Source: Squalus acanthias
Lineage: Eukaryota
Assembly: GCA_030390025.1 (NCBI GenBank)
Contig: CM059432.1
Span: forward strand, 112,346,001 to 112,410,000
DNA: 64,000 nt
Direction of reading: 5' to 3'
Numbering within the stretch: the first letter of the stretch is position 1; each line of letters starts with the position of its first letter. Positions 36,700-49,890 of this stretch are shown here, in pieces. A program made the position numbers and the translations under genes. A model generated the notes under the pieces. The model was not told the origin of the DNA and ran no database searches. It was given only the letters and a program-made list of their open reading frames with translations.

Positions 36700-39505
36700 A
36701 AGATTGTTAAAAAACAAGCCTGAAGGCTCTGTGTCTTAATGCAAGGAGCATTCGTAATAAGGTGGATGAATTGGCTGTGCAAATAGATGTAAACGGATAT
36801 GATATAATTGGGATTACGGAGACATGGCTCCAGGGTGACCAAGGCTGGGAATTCAACATCCAGGGGTATTCAATATTCAGGAAGGACAGGCAAAAAGGAA
36901 AAGGAGGTGGGGTAGCATTGCTGGTTAAAGAGGAGATTAACACAATAGTAAGGAAGGATATTAGCTCTGATGATGTGGAATCTGTATGGGTAGAGCTGAG
37001 AAATACCAAGGGGCAGAAAACGTTAGTGGGAGTTTTATACAGACCCCCCAAACAGTAATGCTGAGGTTGGGGATGGCATTAAACGGAAAATTAGAGACGC
37101 GTGCAATAAAGGCACAGCAGTTATCATGGGTGACTTTAATCTACATATAGATTGGGCTAACCAAATTAGTAACAATACTGTGGAGGAGGAATTCCTAGAG
37201 TGTATACGGGATGGTTTCCTGGACCAATATGTCGAGGAACCAACTAGAGATCAGGCCACCTTAGACTGGGTATTATGTAATGAGAAAGGGTTAATTAGCA
37301 ATCTTGTTGTGCGAGGCCCCTTGGGGAGGAGCGATCATAATATGATATAATTCTTCATTAAGATGGAGAGTGAAGTAGTTGACTCAGAGACTAGGGTCCT
37401 GAATTTAAATAAAGGAAACTACGATGGTATGAGGCGCGAGTTGGCTAGGATGGATTGGGGAACGTTACTTAAAGGGTTGACGGTGGATAGGCAATGGCAA
37501 ACATTTAAAGGTTACATGGATGAACTACAGAATTTGTTCATCCCTGTTTGGCATAAAAATAAAACAAAAAAGGTGACTCAACCATGGCTAACAAGGGAAA
37601 TTAGGGATAGCATAAGATCCAAGGAGAGGACATATAAATTGGCCAGAAAAAGCAGCAAACCTGAGGATTGGGAGCAGTTTAGGATTCAGCAAAGGAGGAC
37701 AAAGGGATTAATTAAGAGGGGGAAAATAGAGTATGAGAGTAAGCTTGCAGGGAACATAAAAACTGACTAAAAGCTTCTATAGATATGTGAAGAGAAAAAG
37801 ATTGGTGAAGTCAAGCGTAGGTCCCTTGCAGTCAGAATCAGGGGAATTTATAATGGGGAACAAAGAAATGGCAGACCAATTAAATACATATTTTGGTTCT
37901 GTCTTCACAAAGGAGGACACAAATAACCTCCCAGAGATGTCGGGGAACATAGGGTCTAATGAGAGGGATGAACTGAATGAACTCAGTATTTGTAGGGAAA
38001 TGGTGTTAGGGAAATTGACGGGATTGAAGGCCGATAAATCCCCAGGGCCTGATAATCTACATCCTGGGGTACTTAAGGAAGTGGCCCTAGAAATAGTAGA
38101 TGCATTGCTGGTCATCTTCCAAAATTCTATCGACTCTGGAACAGTTCCCATGGATTGGAGGGTAGCTAATGCAACCCCACTATTTAAAAAAGGTGGTCGA
38201 GAGAAAATGGGGAATTATAAGCCTGACATCGGTAGTGGGGAAAATGCTAGAGTCCATTTTAAAAGATGTAATAGCAGAGCACTTGGAAAACAGTGACAGG
38301 ATCGGACAAAGTCAACATGGATTTACAAAAGGTAATGCTTGACTGGAATTTTTTGAGCATGTAACTGGTAGAATTGATAAGGGAGGACCAGTGGATGTGG
38401 TGTATTTGGACTTTCAGAAGGCTTTCGATAAGGTCCCGCATAAGAGATTAGCGTGCAAAGTTAAAGCACACGGGATGGGGGTAAGGTACTGTCTTGGATA
38501 GAAAACTGGTTGGCAGACAGGAAGCAAAGAGTTGGAATAAACGGCTCTTTTTCCGAGTGGCAGGCAGTGACTGGTGGGGTACCGCAGGGATCGGTGCTAG
38601 GACCCCAGTTATTCACAATATATATTAATGATCTAGACGAGGGAACTAGATGTAATATCTCCAAGTTTGCAGACAACACAAAGCTGGGTGGGCGTGTGTG
38701 CTGTGAGGAGGATGCAGAGAAACTGCAGTATGATTTGGACAGGTTGGGTGATTGGGAAGATGCATGTCAGATGCAGTATAATGTGGATAAATGCGAGGTT
38801 ATCCACTTTGGTGGCAAAAACAGGAAGGCAGATTATTATCTGAACGGCAATAGATTGGGAAAAGGGGAAGTGCAACGAGACCTGGGTGTCCTTGTGCACC
38901 AGTCGCTGAAGGTAAGCATGCAGGTGCAGCAGGCGGTTAAGAAGGCAAATGGTATGTTGGCCTTTATAGCGAGAGGATTCGAGTACAGGAGCAAGGATGT
39001 CTTGCTGCAGTTGTACAGGGCCTTGGTGAGACCACACCTTGAGTATTGTGTGCAGTTTTGGTCACCTTATCTGAGGAAGGGTGTTTTTGCCATGGAGAGA
39101 GTGCAGCGAAGATTCACCAGACTGATACCTGGGATGACAGGAATGACGTATGAAGAGAGATTGGGTCGATTGGGCTTGTATTCGCTAGAGTTTAGAAGAA
39201 TGAGAGGGGATCTCATTGAAACTTATAAAATTCTAACAGGACTAGACAGACTAGATGCAGCAAGGGTATTCCCGATGGTGGGGGAGTCCAGGACCAGGGG
39301 TCACAGTCTAAGGATAAGGGGTAAGCCATTTAGGACTGGGATGAGGAGGAATTTCTTCACCCAGAGAGTGGTAAACCTGTGGAATTCTCTACCACAGAAG
39401 ACAGTTGAGTCCAATTCATTAAATATATTCAAGAAGGAGTTAGATATATTTCTTAAGGCTAAAGGGATCAAGGGATATGGGGAGAAAGCAGGGACAGGGT
39501 ACTGA
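36700..39505 (+). pseudogene. CR1 ORF2 (APE endonuclease + reverse transcriptase)
   Basis: IIGITETWL, YRPP, GDFN, SDH, SPGPD, GVPQGSVLGP, FADN; several frameshifts. Confidence 0.95.
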
Positions 39506-39697
39506 ATTTGGATGATCAGCCATGATCGCATTGAATGGTGGAGCAGGCTCGCGGGGCCGAATGGCCTACTTCTGCTCCTATCTTCTATGTTTCTGTGATC
39601 ACAGCGTCCAATTTGCCACAATGCAAAAAATAAAAGCCACTACATTTCAAACCAAATTCATAAATGAAGTCATGCCATATTGCATACAAACATCAAA

Positions 39698-41009
39698 TAA
39701 TCACCCTTGTGCATTCCCTTAGTGCCTGTCCTGGTGCTCCTACACAGTGCTACCCCAGTGTCTGCAGCATGGCTGGTGGAAGGCTGCTGACTTTCAGTGG
39801 TGGAGACTGCAGGTCGCCTTGGAGGACGACCTTAAGCAGCTATGGGCCTAGAAGGCCCAGTTGCAGACTGCACCATCTCGTCATGGGCGGCAGAAGTCTG
39901 GGCTGGCTGATTGACAGGCAACAGCAAGGGAACTGACGGACTTGCAGTGGTGGGAGGACAAATGCTGTCTTCCTGAGAGAGGGCAGCAGGGTCGTACTTC
40001 ATGGAGCCACTGCCACTCCCTCAGGGCGGCACCTCAGCAATCCATGTAATCTGTTGGAGGACTGATTGCTGGTCTGCTGTAACACCCTGCAAGCCCCTTT
40101 GCACACTAATCCACAGCCATGATGGCAGTAGTCTGAGCTTGCATGGCAGCAAGCTGACCTTGCATGACAGCAGTCTGAGCCTCCACTGCAGCACTCAGAT
40201 GTTGGGTGGCTATTGCTTGTACTGCAATGGAAGCTGCTACATTGGCCATCAGTCGTTGCATCATGGTTGGGTCCACAAGTGTGTTGATGGAGTTGGCCAC
40301 GCTGGAAAGGATGGGGCTCCAAGCTCTGCGCAAAGCCCTGTGCCAAGTTGGTGCTGGACTCCTCTATGGTCCTTGACATTGCACACAGGCTTTCTGGCAG
40401 GCTTCCCAATGCACCAAGCATTTCATTGTGCATACCTATCAGCATTCTTCTGTAGGCTTCCCCATCGAAGTGCTCATCTCAGTCCTCTGCAGTGGAACCC
40501 GTCTACGACCTCGCTCTCCGCTGAGCTGGTACCTGTGCTATCCTTGCCCCCTGCCTGGCTGCAGACCACTCGTGCCTGCTGTCTCACCACTTGCAGATCC
40601 CGCCTCTTATCTATCTTCTAAGTTGCACGCAGTGTCAGTATCTGAGCTGGTACCTGCGAGTGTTAATCAAGTGACGGTGCTGTGCCTTCATCATCACTCC
40701 TTTTTTTATGTTCTTCCACTGCCTGGGCAGGTTGCACCTCTTGGGTATCTTAAAGGAAAAGGGATAAGTTTGTGGTGAGAGGAGGGGGGAAAAGTAAGAG
40801 GTGCATGCTTACACCATCTGCAGCTTGTAAATCAGAAGCGATTGTGGGATGAGGGGGAAGTGGGATGTGAGAAGGAGGATTAGGTATCAGGATACCATCA
40901 TCTTCCATGGTTTCAGTCCCGCCGCTGGCCACAGCCTCAGCATTGGCCATCTCAATAATGGCTAGCAGCATCTCCTCCATGGAGCCCGCTCTCTACCCTG
41001 TTGCGCCAT
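39698..41009 (-). pseudogene. Harbinger B Myb/SANT gene lacking most of the SANT domain
   Basis: MAQQGRERA(P) is joined directly to MEEMLLAII (exon 2); last-exon acceptor TTCCTTTAAG at 40749; heptads AAVEAQT/AVMQGQL/AAMQAQT; ends GTKGMHKGD. Confidence 0.8.
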
Positions 41010-41679
41010 TCCTCACTCTTTCCCAGGTTAGAATCTCTTCAAACATGACTCCCAGCATCTGCTCCAGCCACAATGCACCTCCCCTTTAAGAGGTGCAGGC
41101 TAGCTTTAAGCAGTGTAGGCTAGCTTTAACTGGTGCTGGACTCTCACGATACTGGCCCCCTGCTGATGCCTTTTCAGAGACCTTCCTTTACCATCCGAGG
41201 CCTTGCAAGTGTCCAGCAGCACACTTAAAAAACTTAACATGTATTGCACCAAACCACTACTTCAACAAAATACAAACAATCCAGTCCAAAAGCTTAAATG
41301 CAAACTTTCCTGAAAGATGTGTGTGTCCCTTTAAGAAGTGCTGACAGCCTCTCTGTCAATCTGCTGCACGCTCACGACCCGGCACTAAACTCAGCGCTAA
41401 GGTCGAAGTTCACAGAGCATGACATTAAGTCGGCATGCACGCTCTCCCACTTGCATCTCCAGGGCCAGCGCTGATATCTTTCAACGAGCTGGCACAGGCA
41501 CAATGGGTTGAATGGTCTCATTCTGTGCTGTATGATTCTAGAACCGTTTCAGTCAGTTTTGTTTTTGTTGTGAGGGGGGTGGGTATCGCAAGTCTTGTAA
41601 AATTACATGGAAAACAAATGTACTAAAATAGCTTGTGTGGCAACCAGTTTGTGCATTTTTATACAGACATGGTGGTTCA

Positions 41680-41784
41680 GGGGGAGATTTCCTCTGTTTG
41701 CTATTGGCAACAAAATCAAAAATGTGTCCTTGTACTCAAGTTTACAGTTTCACTATAAATAGCAAACAGAGGAAATCTTCCCCC
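41680..41784. mobile_element. 105-bp miniature inverted-repeat element
   Basis: GGGGGAGATTTCCTCTGTTTGCTATT (41680-41705) against AATAGCAAACAGAGGAAATCTTCCCCC (41758-41784), one indel. Confidence 0.75.
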
Positions 41785-42206
41785 ATGTATCTATATTATT
41801 AAATATTAAGTGTGTCCGTCCCTATGTAGTGAACCGAGTGAGTGGAAAATCTCCAGTCATTGCTCACGGTTACTCTCTTCTGATTAGTTGCTGCTAAATG
41901 TGTGCTTAGCGGGGACCAGTCAAGTCCTTAAATCATTTTGGAACAAGCAGCAGGCAGCCATTACACTTTCACACCAATACTGAAAATTTAAGCAAGTTTG
42001 AAGTAACTCTGGCTATTTGAAAGTAGTAACTGGAAGTTTAGCAAAATTAAATGAAGTAACAGTAAGCATAACTATTTCAAAATTCAAGCTGATGCAGCAC
42101 CGCAGGAGAACAACAAGTTCACTTAATGCCGTAGAGCTGATTGCATGATCAGGTGTCCTCAGCGAGAGCGACTCACACTGCGAGTGCCAAGACAGGAAAT
42201 GGTGGG

Positions 42207-42730
42207 CTCGCATTTGGCCTAACAGTTCCATGCTGGAGTTTATGCTCCACCCGAGCCTCCTCTCACCCTTCCTATCTAGCCCCATCCTTCTATTCCTTTC
42301 TCCCTCGTGTGTTTATATAGCTTCCCCTTAAATGCATCTACGCTAGTCGCCTCAACTGCTCCATGTGATAGAGTTCCACATTCTAACCACTCTCTGGGTA
42401 AAGAAGTTTCTCCTGAATTCCCTATTGGATTTATTAGTGGCAATTGTTAATTGTTAAGTGGTGTATAAGAATTGAGTGTTAATTGTATGCAGGTGGTGGG
42501 ATTTAATTGGGGACTCTCTTGCTCTCATATATAAATGGGAGTAGGCTGGGGGAGGGTTGTTAACTTAGCTAAGGGATGCACAGTATGTAATGTGAATAAA
42601 GGCTTGTGAGCAACTAAAGCTTAGTACTCTATCCTTCACCACCTGGCTATCTGACTTTTACAGTTATCTTATATTTATGGCCCCCTAGTTCTAGTCTCCC
42701 CCGCAAGTGGAAATATCGCCTCTATGTCTG
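42207..42730 (-). mobile_element. CR1 3' fragment split by a solo LTR
   Basis: Homologous to the complement of ~27120-27410 on both sides of 42445-42662. Confidence 0.85.
42445..42662 (+). mobile_element. Probable 218-bp solo LTR
   Basis: TGT..ACA ends, TATATAAA (~42527) then AATAAA (~42595); interrupts CR1 with flanks GCAAT/GTTAT, a decayed 5-bp TSD. Confidence 0.7.
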
Positions 42731-45524
42731 TAATTTTCCATCCATAAGATGAAAATTAGGGCTGTGGACCTGCGATTTTCCCCACCTGCGCTTTCTGTCA
42801 GCACTGCTTCCCGCTGGAAGCGCCCAATTGGGGATTCAGCTCTTATAGGTAAACAACCGTATATTTTTTATGGTTACACTTCTTTGCAGATTATTTTTTG
42901 ACAATTGAAACTCTGACTGTACCATGTTGATTCTAAATGTTTATCTATTTACTGAAGAGTAGGTCATGCAATTAGCTAAGTTGCCTTTCTTGTTGCTAAC
43001 AATAAATATCAGGTATATAATATAAATGATTCGCTTGTCTAATCACGTGACGCAATTCCATTTCACAACCTTCTTTGATAATTGGACAGGGGTTTTTTGC
43101 AAGAATAAAATAGCCTTTTCTTCCCCCAGTAGATTGTATCTAGTGTTGGTTTCCAGCAGAATACAAATTAACCCTGTTACTGGATGGGACATGAGATTAA
43201 AATGAAAACTTCAGATCAGTATTACTTTTTAGACCTGCTGTTCTAGTTTCTTAATGTTCCAACTCCTGGCTCCAACTGTATTGTAAGGTCGCACAGCTAA
43301 ATTCTGGTGAGACTCACTAGGTTTATAGAGTCTTAGAGGTGTGTAGCCAGCATTCACAACTGTTCACTGTTAATATTACATCACAGTGCCACTGATGAAC
43401 TAATTCCTTCAGCATAAAACAAAGCAACAGAAGAACACTTCTAAGAACAATTAATGAGGTCTCATAATGCTTAAAGCTAAGTGTATGGGATCTGTAAGTA
43501 GATTTAAAAGTGAGCTGACTAAAAGTTTGTTGTCTTCAGGTCTTTTTAAAATGTTTGGATACCCAAGTAATAAAGTATACCTCCAGATTCCCTTGTTTGG
43601 CTTTATGGCAAGAGGGGGTTGGAATCTGCAGCAGATGTACATCTCAAGGATCCTGAATATGCACTACTGGTGGTAACAGGAAATGAGTCCATGTAGTGAA
43701 TAGGAAGGGTAGGGGATAATATTACTTTTAAAAGGAAAGGGAATTATATTCCAATAACAGAGTACACAGGAAATCTGAGCTAGAACCACACACTTTTTAT
43801 ATACTGGGAGAATCCATTTCAGATGCTGTTTGTGTGGATAATGCTTTGAGACTGAGGTGTGCTGTACCAGGTTTCATCTTCTGTCTACAGTGATTTAAAG
43901 GTCAGGAGACAAAGTTGAGGTTTATGCATAACTGTGAATAAGAAGACAAACAAATCAGAATGCCACACTTTATGGTCTCACTGCTACATTGTCGCAGTTA
44001 GTCTTTGTATGTTTATGTACGCGTATATCTATACCCTTCATATCTTTCATACATGCATGAAATTTGCCACATTTTAATCTTTTTTTTCCATGGTGTTACC
44101 ATTATTTTGATTTGTTTTAATATTTAAGGACTGTGTTGCTGAATTATTTGCCACACAGCAGTGAGAAACTCAGCATGTGGGTTACATGCCCAGGCAAGAG
44201 CAGTACTCCTGAGTTATTGCATGCCTTTGGTGCCTATTAAAGGACACTGATAACTGTCACCAACTAGATATCCTCTATGCACCATATCAGACGTAAAACT
44301 GGAAGAAATGTTCTGTTCCGCAACACTATCAGCACCCAGCATCAGAAGAGAATGAGAATAAAAAATCCAGGAAGATCAGATGAGAGACAAGCTGTACATT
44401 AAAGTTCAGGACAACATTAAATGGAAAAGTTGCTGTTTTATTTCACATCATGAACCCCTACAGTACCTTTAGAAACACAGCAAACATGCAGAAATCTGAA
44501 ATATTGCAGTAGTTATGCTGTGTTTAAAATAAGGCACATTAAAATTTTACAGTGATGAAAATCAGCACTAGATGTGTAGTGTTCAAAAGGACAGCGTTCA
44601 GTGGTTTGAATGTCATTTCACAATTTGCTTTTAATTAGAAGTAATTTACAGAAACATGCCCACTAGCTAATCTTTACGGGATAATTAACTTCCATTTTCT
44701 TTACTTTTAATTAAAAAGTAGAAAAGATTTGGCTGATCCATAAAGGATCAGTCGGTTGCAAGCTCCATCAGACTTTGCTCTCTTTTTTTTGTTATTTGTA
44801 GTGCCAGATGTTATCTGCATTTAGTCTATTCTGAATATGAGGCCTGAACGCTTGAAAACTGTAGTACAGAATCAGACTTCCAGGCAACTAAAAGAAACAA
44901 TAGGTTATTCAGTGCTGTGTGCAACAGTTACTAAAATGTTTAATGAAATAATTGATCCCTATAATTGAATAGTGGTCAATTAAAAAAAAAGACATTCTTC
45001 TCTTTTGTTCATGTAAGTTTCTTCCATTGTACATTTAAATTATACAAATTATTTTATTCTTCATTATTTGTAATTTTGAGTCCTCCTGATATGATAATTT
45101 GCATCAATAAAGATTTTTTTAAATGATGATGGGAGTGTACGAAGAGTCACTTAAAGGAGAACCAGAGTCCTCCAAATTGCCAGGTATCCTTAATATCATG
45201 AAAGCAGATAATTGAACATGTGTCGTCCCTTATCACATTATTTTATAATTTAAAACATTTAGTTGGAGACTGGCTGAAAGCAGCGATTTTGGGTAAAATT
45301 GTCCCTGATGTGACGACATGGGATTCTACTTTGCTGACACCATGATTGCTGTGGGCAGTACTGCCCAATCAGAACACCACTGCAGCAGAACTTTATGATG
45401 TCAAATCAAGAGTAATTTTTTACAAAATATCTGCTCCCACACGGCTTCCAACGAGCAGTTTTAAAACATAAAATATGATAAAGTCTGACCAAAAGTCATT
45501 AATAAATGCAAAGATCTTATCGGG

Positions 45525-45940
45525 GTGATGTCAGGAAGCACTTCCTCACACAAAAGGGCAGTGAAAATCTGGAACACTCGCCCTCAAAATGCTGTTGAGG
45601 CTAGATCAATTGAAAATTTCAAAACTGAGATTGATAGCTTATTGTTAGGCAACCATATTAAGGGTTACAGCCCAAGGCAGGTAAATGGAGTTAAGATACA
45701 GATCAGCCATGATCAGTTGACTGGCGGAACAGCCTCGAGGAGCTGAATGGCACACTCCTGTTCCTATGTTCGTTAAGTATTATGTGGCAAATCAGTAGCG
45801 TTCATTTCCCCTTTAACATGTTACTAGGTGTGATGTTCTAAATCTTTTCTATTAATTCAAACCTGAGGTACAGATCAGCCATGATCTGATTGAATGGAGG
45901 AACAGATGTGAGGGGCTGAATGGCCTACTCCTGTTCCTAT
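45525..45940 (+). mobile_element. Two CR1 3'-end fragments (45525-45775, 45865-45940)
   Basis: KIWN.. remnant and two GATCAGCCATGATC..GAATGG..CTCCTGTTCCTAT 3' UTRs. Confidence 0.8.
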
Positions 45941-47029
45941 ATACCTTAACCATGATCCAGTCAGCACTGGTGAGAAGTACAAAGAGATACATCAGGGCTG
46001 AAGCTCTGTCGCACATTTTTGGGGCTGCTAATTCTCTAAATTGATCCTACAGATTTTTTTTACTTTCTTGTGTCTGTTATTTTTAATGAGTATTTTTATT
46101 AACTGCCATTGGAATCAATGTGACTGGGTTCAGCAAAGCATTAATTAGTCAGAGTGAGTACAGTGTCTGCAATGTTAATTTGAACTTCTTTAATTTAGGC
46201 CAATGTGGATTAGTTCAGAAGAATCAAAGTTTTTTTTGAATTCTAATCGGTAGGATTTAGATTTGTAGATAGCCCATAGCCTTGTTATTTACTGTAGCAC
46301 AGATACAGGTATCGTACTATACTTTACAGATCTCTGATGCCAGCTACAGTGACTCAAATGGTGCAGAATTGTGTTGTTTGTACTTGAAACCCTATTTTAA
46401 GTATTTAAGAGGTCCACATATATGCTTTAGCAGTTGAGTAACAAAAATGTATTGAATGTGACAAAATTGCAACGAATGTACAAAAAGGCACATTGAGCTG
46501 GGTTTTAAGTTTACGATGCGTGGGGGGGTCCGATAGCATGCAGGAAACCCGGAAGTCAGTGCAGCGCGCCTGTCAGTGGCTTTTTAACCCAGCCATTGCA
46601 ATACCATATGATTTCTGGGTTTTCTGACCAATAAGCATCAGCGAGTGTGATGACGACCCGCATGATGTGATTTCAACTCTAGTATTTAAAGGGACACTGC
46701 AAACACGCTGGACGCCATCTTGGTAAAGGGTTTTACGCGAGCGCACCTATTGACCGCTGGCAGCATGCAGAGCAGGCAGATTGTGACGTCAATCAGTGTG
46801 CAATGCTGATTTAACGCCAGTGTTGCCATTTTCGAATGCCACACTACAGCCTACAACCTGTCTTAACCTCGCACAGCTGAACACGACGTTAAACGGTATG
46901 AAGGACCCCCCCACCGGCTCTATTTAAAAGGATTGTGAACTACTTACAGTTTAGTTGCCAGATTATTTCTTCTGGCTGCTGGTGCAATTGCATGTGGTCT
47001 GGCAGTTAATAAAAATACTCATTAAAAAT

Positions 47030-49838
47030 AACGACAAGCTGAACCTCCTTGGCGACTTTAACGTCAGAGTTGGAAAGGACACAGACCTCTGGGGAGGTGT
47101 GAACGGCAGAGAGAGGGTAGAGAAAGCCAACTCCAACGGTATGCTCCTCCTGACGAAATGCTTAGATCATGGTCTTGTCATAACCAACACCTTGTTCTGT
47201 CAGAGAGACGAGTACAAGGCTTCATGGCAGCACCCTCGTTCCAAGCACTGGCATCTGCTGGACTACGTCATCATCCGAGCGAGGGACCGCAAGGACGTCT
47301 GCATCACCCGCGCCATGACAGGAGCTGACGACTGCTGGACAGACCACCGCCTAATCTGCTCTGTCATCTCCATCAACGTAGCCCCAAAACAGCAGCGGCA
47401 ACAGAAACAATGCCGCAGGAAAATCAACGCTGGAGCACTCAAAGACCCTGCTAAGAAAGTCCTATTCAGCCTGCGCCTCACAACCAACCTGATGACTCCC
47501 AGTGATTCAGAGACACAGAGTGTCCACAGCGCCTGGTCTGCACTCAAGGCCTCCATAATCAGCACCTGTGAAGAGACGCTCGGTCACTCGACCAGGAAAC
47601 ACCAAGACTGGTTCGACGAGAATGACCAGGAGATCCAGGAGCTAATAAGCCGCACGCGCAAGGCATTCCTGATCTGGAAATGGCAACACAACTCGAGAGC
47701 AAGAAAGCAGCTCTACAGACGCCTGAAGGCTGAGGTCCAACAAAAATCTCGTGACCTAAAGAGCAGGTGGTGGGCGGAGAAAGCACAGGAGATCCAGCAG
47801 ATAGCCGACAACCACGACGTGCGTGGATTCTTTAGCGCAGTCAATACCAGCTACGGCCCAAGCACCCAAGGTCCTACCCCACTGCGGGCCAAGAACGGAG
47901 AGGTAATCATCAAGGACAGAGAGGCAGTCTGTGCCCGCTGGAAGGAGCATTTCAAAGATCTCCTTAACCGAGACTCTGTCTTCGACGCGAGTGTCCTCAA
48001 CTCCATCCTGCAGCATGCTACCCACCACCACCTCAGCACAACCCCAGCCTGGCATGAGGTTGAAAAGGCCACCCGACAACTGAAGAACAACAAGGCCTCA
48101 GGAGCAGATAGAATCCCCGCCGAGGCACTAAAGCATGGCGGAGAAGCACTATTGGCACGAATACATGAACTAATTTCTCTTATTTGGAAGGAAGAGAGCA
48201 TGCCAGGTGATCTCAGAGATGCCGTAATCGTGACCATCTTCAAGAAAGGTGACGAGTCCGATTGCGGTAATTACAGAGGAGTTTCCCTGCTGTCTGCCAC
48301 AGAGAAAGTCATCGCAAGAATCCTCCTCAATCACCTTCTCCCAGTGGCTGAAGAGCTCCTCCCAGAGTCGCAATGCGGATTCCGCCCACTAAGGGGCACA
48401 AGGGACGTGATCTTCACCGCACGTCAACTACAAGAGAAATGCAGGGAACAGCACCAACCGCTGTACATGGCCTTTTTTGACCTCACAAAGGCCTTCGACA
48501 CTGTCAACCGTGAGGGATTATGGCGTGTTATCCTCAAATTCGGCCGCCGTCAAAAGTTTGTCACCATCCTCCGCCTGCTTCATGACGACATGCAAGCCGT
48601 GATCCTGACCAACGGATCCACCTCAGACCCAATTCACGTACGGATCGGGGTCAAGCAAGGCTGTGTCATCGCACCAACGCTCTTCTCGATCTTCCTTGCT
48701 GCAATGCTCCATCTCACCCTCAGTAAGCTCCCCGCTGGAGTGGAGCTAATCTACAGAACAAACGGGAAACTGTTCAAACTCTGTCGCCTCCAGTCCAGAT
48801 CCAAGGTCGTCCCATCCTCTGTCATCGAATTACAGTATGCAGACGACGCTTGCGTCTGCGCACACTCTGAGGCCGAACTCCAAACCATCGTCAACACCTT
48901 CACCGAAGCGTACGAGAGCATAGGCCTTACACTAAACATCCGTAAGACAAAATTCCTCTACCAACCTGCCCCCGCCACACAGTACTGACCCCCGATTATC
49001 AAAATCCAGGACGAGGTCTTGGACAACGTGGACCACTTTCCATACCTCGGGAGCCTACTGTCAACAAGGACAGATGTTGATGACGAAGTCCAGCACCATC
49101 TTCAGTGTGCCAGTGCAGCCTTCGGTCGCCTGAGGAAGAGAGTGTTTGAAGACCAGGACCTCAAACCCGGCACCAAGCTCATGGTCTACAGAGCAGTAGT
49201 GATTCCCGCCCTCCTATATGCTTCAGAGACATGGACCATGTACAGCAGGCACCCCAAAGCACTGGAGAGGTACCACCAACGCTGCCTCCACAAGATCCTG
49301 CAAATCCATTGGCAGGATAGGCGCACCAACATCGGTGTTCTCGCTCAGACCAACATCCCCAGCATCAAAGCTTTGACCATGCTCGATCAGCTCCGATGGA
49401 TGGGCCACATTGTCTGCATGCCCGATACGAGACTCCCAAAACAAGCGCTCTACTCGGAGCTCCGACATGACAAGAGAGCCCCAGGTGAACAGAGGAAACG
49501 CTTCAAGGACACCCTCAAAGCCTCCTTGTAAAAGTGCAACATCCCCTCTGACACCTGGGAATCCCTGGCCCAAGACCGCTCAAAGTGGAGGAGAAGCATC
49601 TGGAAAGTTGCCGAACACCTCAAGTCTCTTCGCCGGGAGCAAGCGGAAGCCAAGCGCGAACAGCGGAAGGAGCACACGTCAACCCAAGCACCCCATCCAC
49701 CCGCCCCTTCAACCACCGTCTGCCCCACTTGTGACAGAGACTGTAGGTCCCGCATTGGATTCATCAGTCACCTGAGAACTCATTTTTAGTGTGGAAGCAA
49801 GTCATCCTCGGTTCCGAGGGACTGCCTAAGATGAAGAA
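47030..49838 (+). mobile_element. RTE (BovB-class) LINE, 5'-truncated within the endonuclease
   Basis: LLGDFNVRVG, WQHPRSKHWHLLDYV, WTDHRL, RT motifs, and C-terminal CPTC..HLRTH; one frame to 49789 with two premature stops. Confidence 0.97.
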
Positions 49839-49890
49839 AGTACTTTTTTGTTGCTTTAAAAGCTTGTGCTGAAACAAGTTCCTTCTAGCC

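Larger units (their letters stand above)
35240..39597 (+). mobile_element. Full-length CR1 LINE (5' UTR, ORF1, ORF2, 3' UTR)
   Basis: CpG-containing 5' UTR, ORF1 and ORF2 in order, TTCTATGTTTCTGTG tail; the flanks rejoin to Harbinger sequence matching 50640-50670. Confidence 0.96.
32814..41480. mobile_element. PIF/Harbinger transposon copy B (transposase + convergent Myb/SANT gene) with two nested CR1s; right end approximate
   Basis: TAA followed by the GGGCGCAAAATT terminus; HARBI1-like transposase; Myb gene remnant; colinear with copy C. Confidence 0.88.

Noticed and set aside
46955..48988. 677-aa ORF as a host gene or Harbinger-RTE fusion
   Set aside because: It is RTE EN/RT; the first ~25 codons start at a TTG in the non-coding Harbinger arm by chance.
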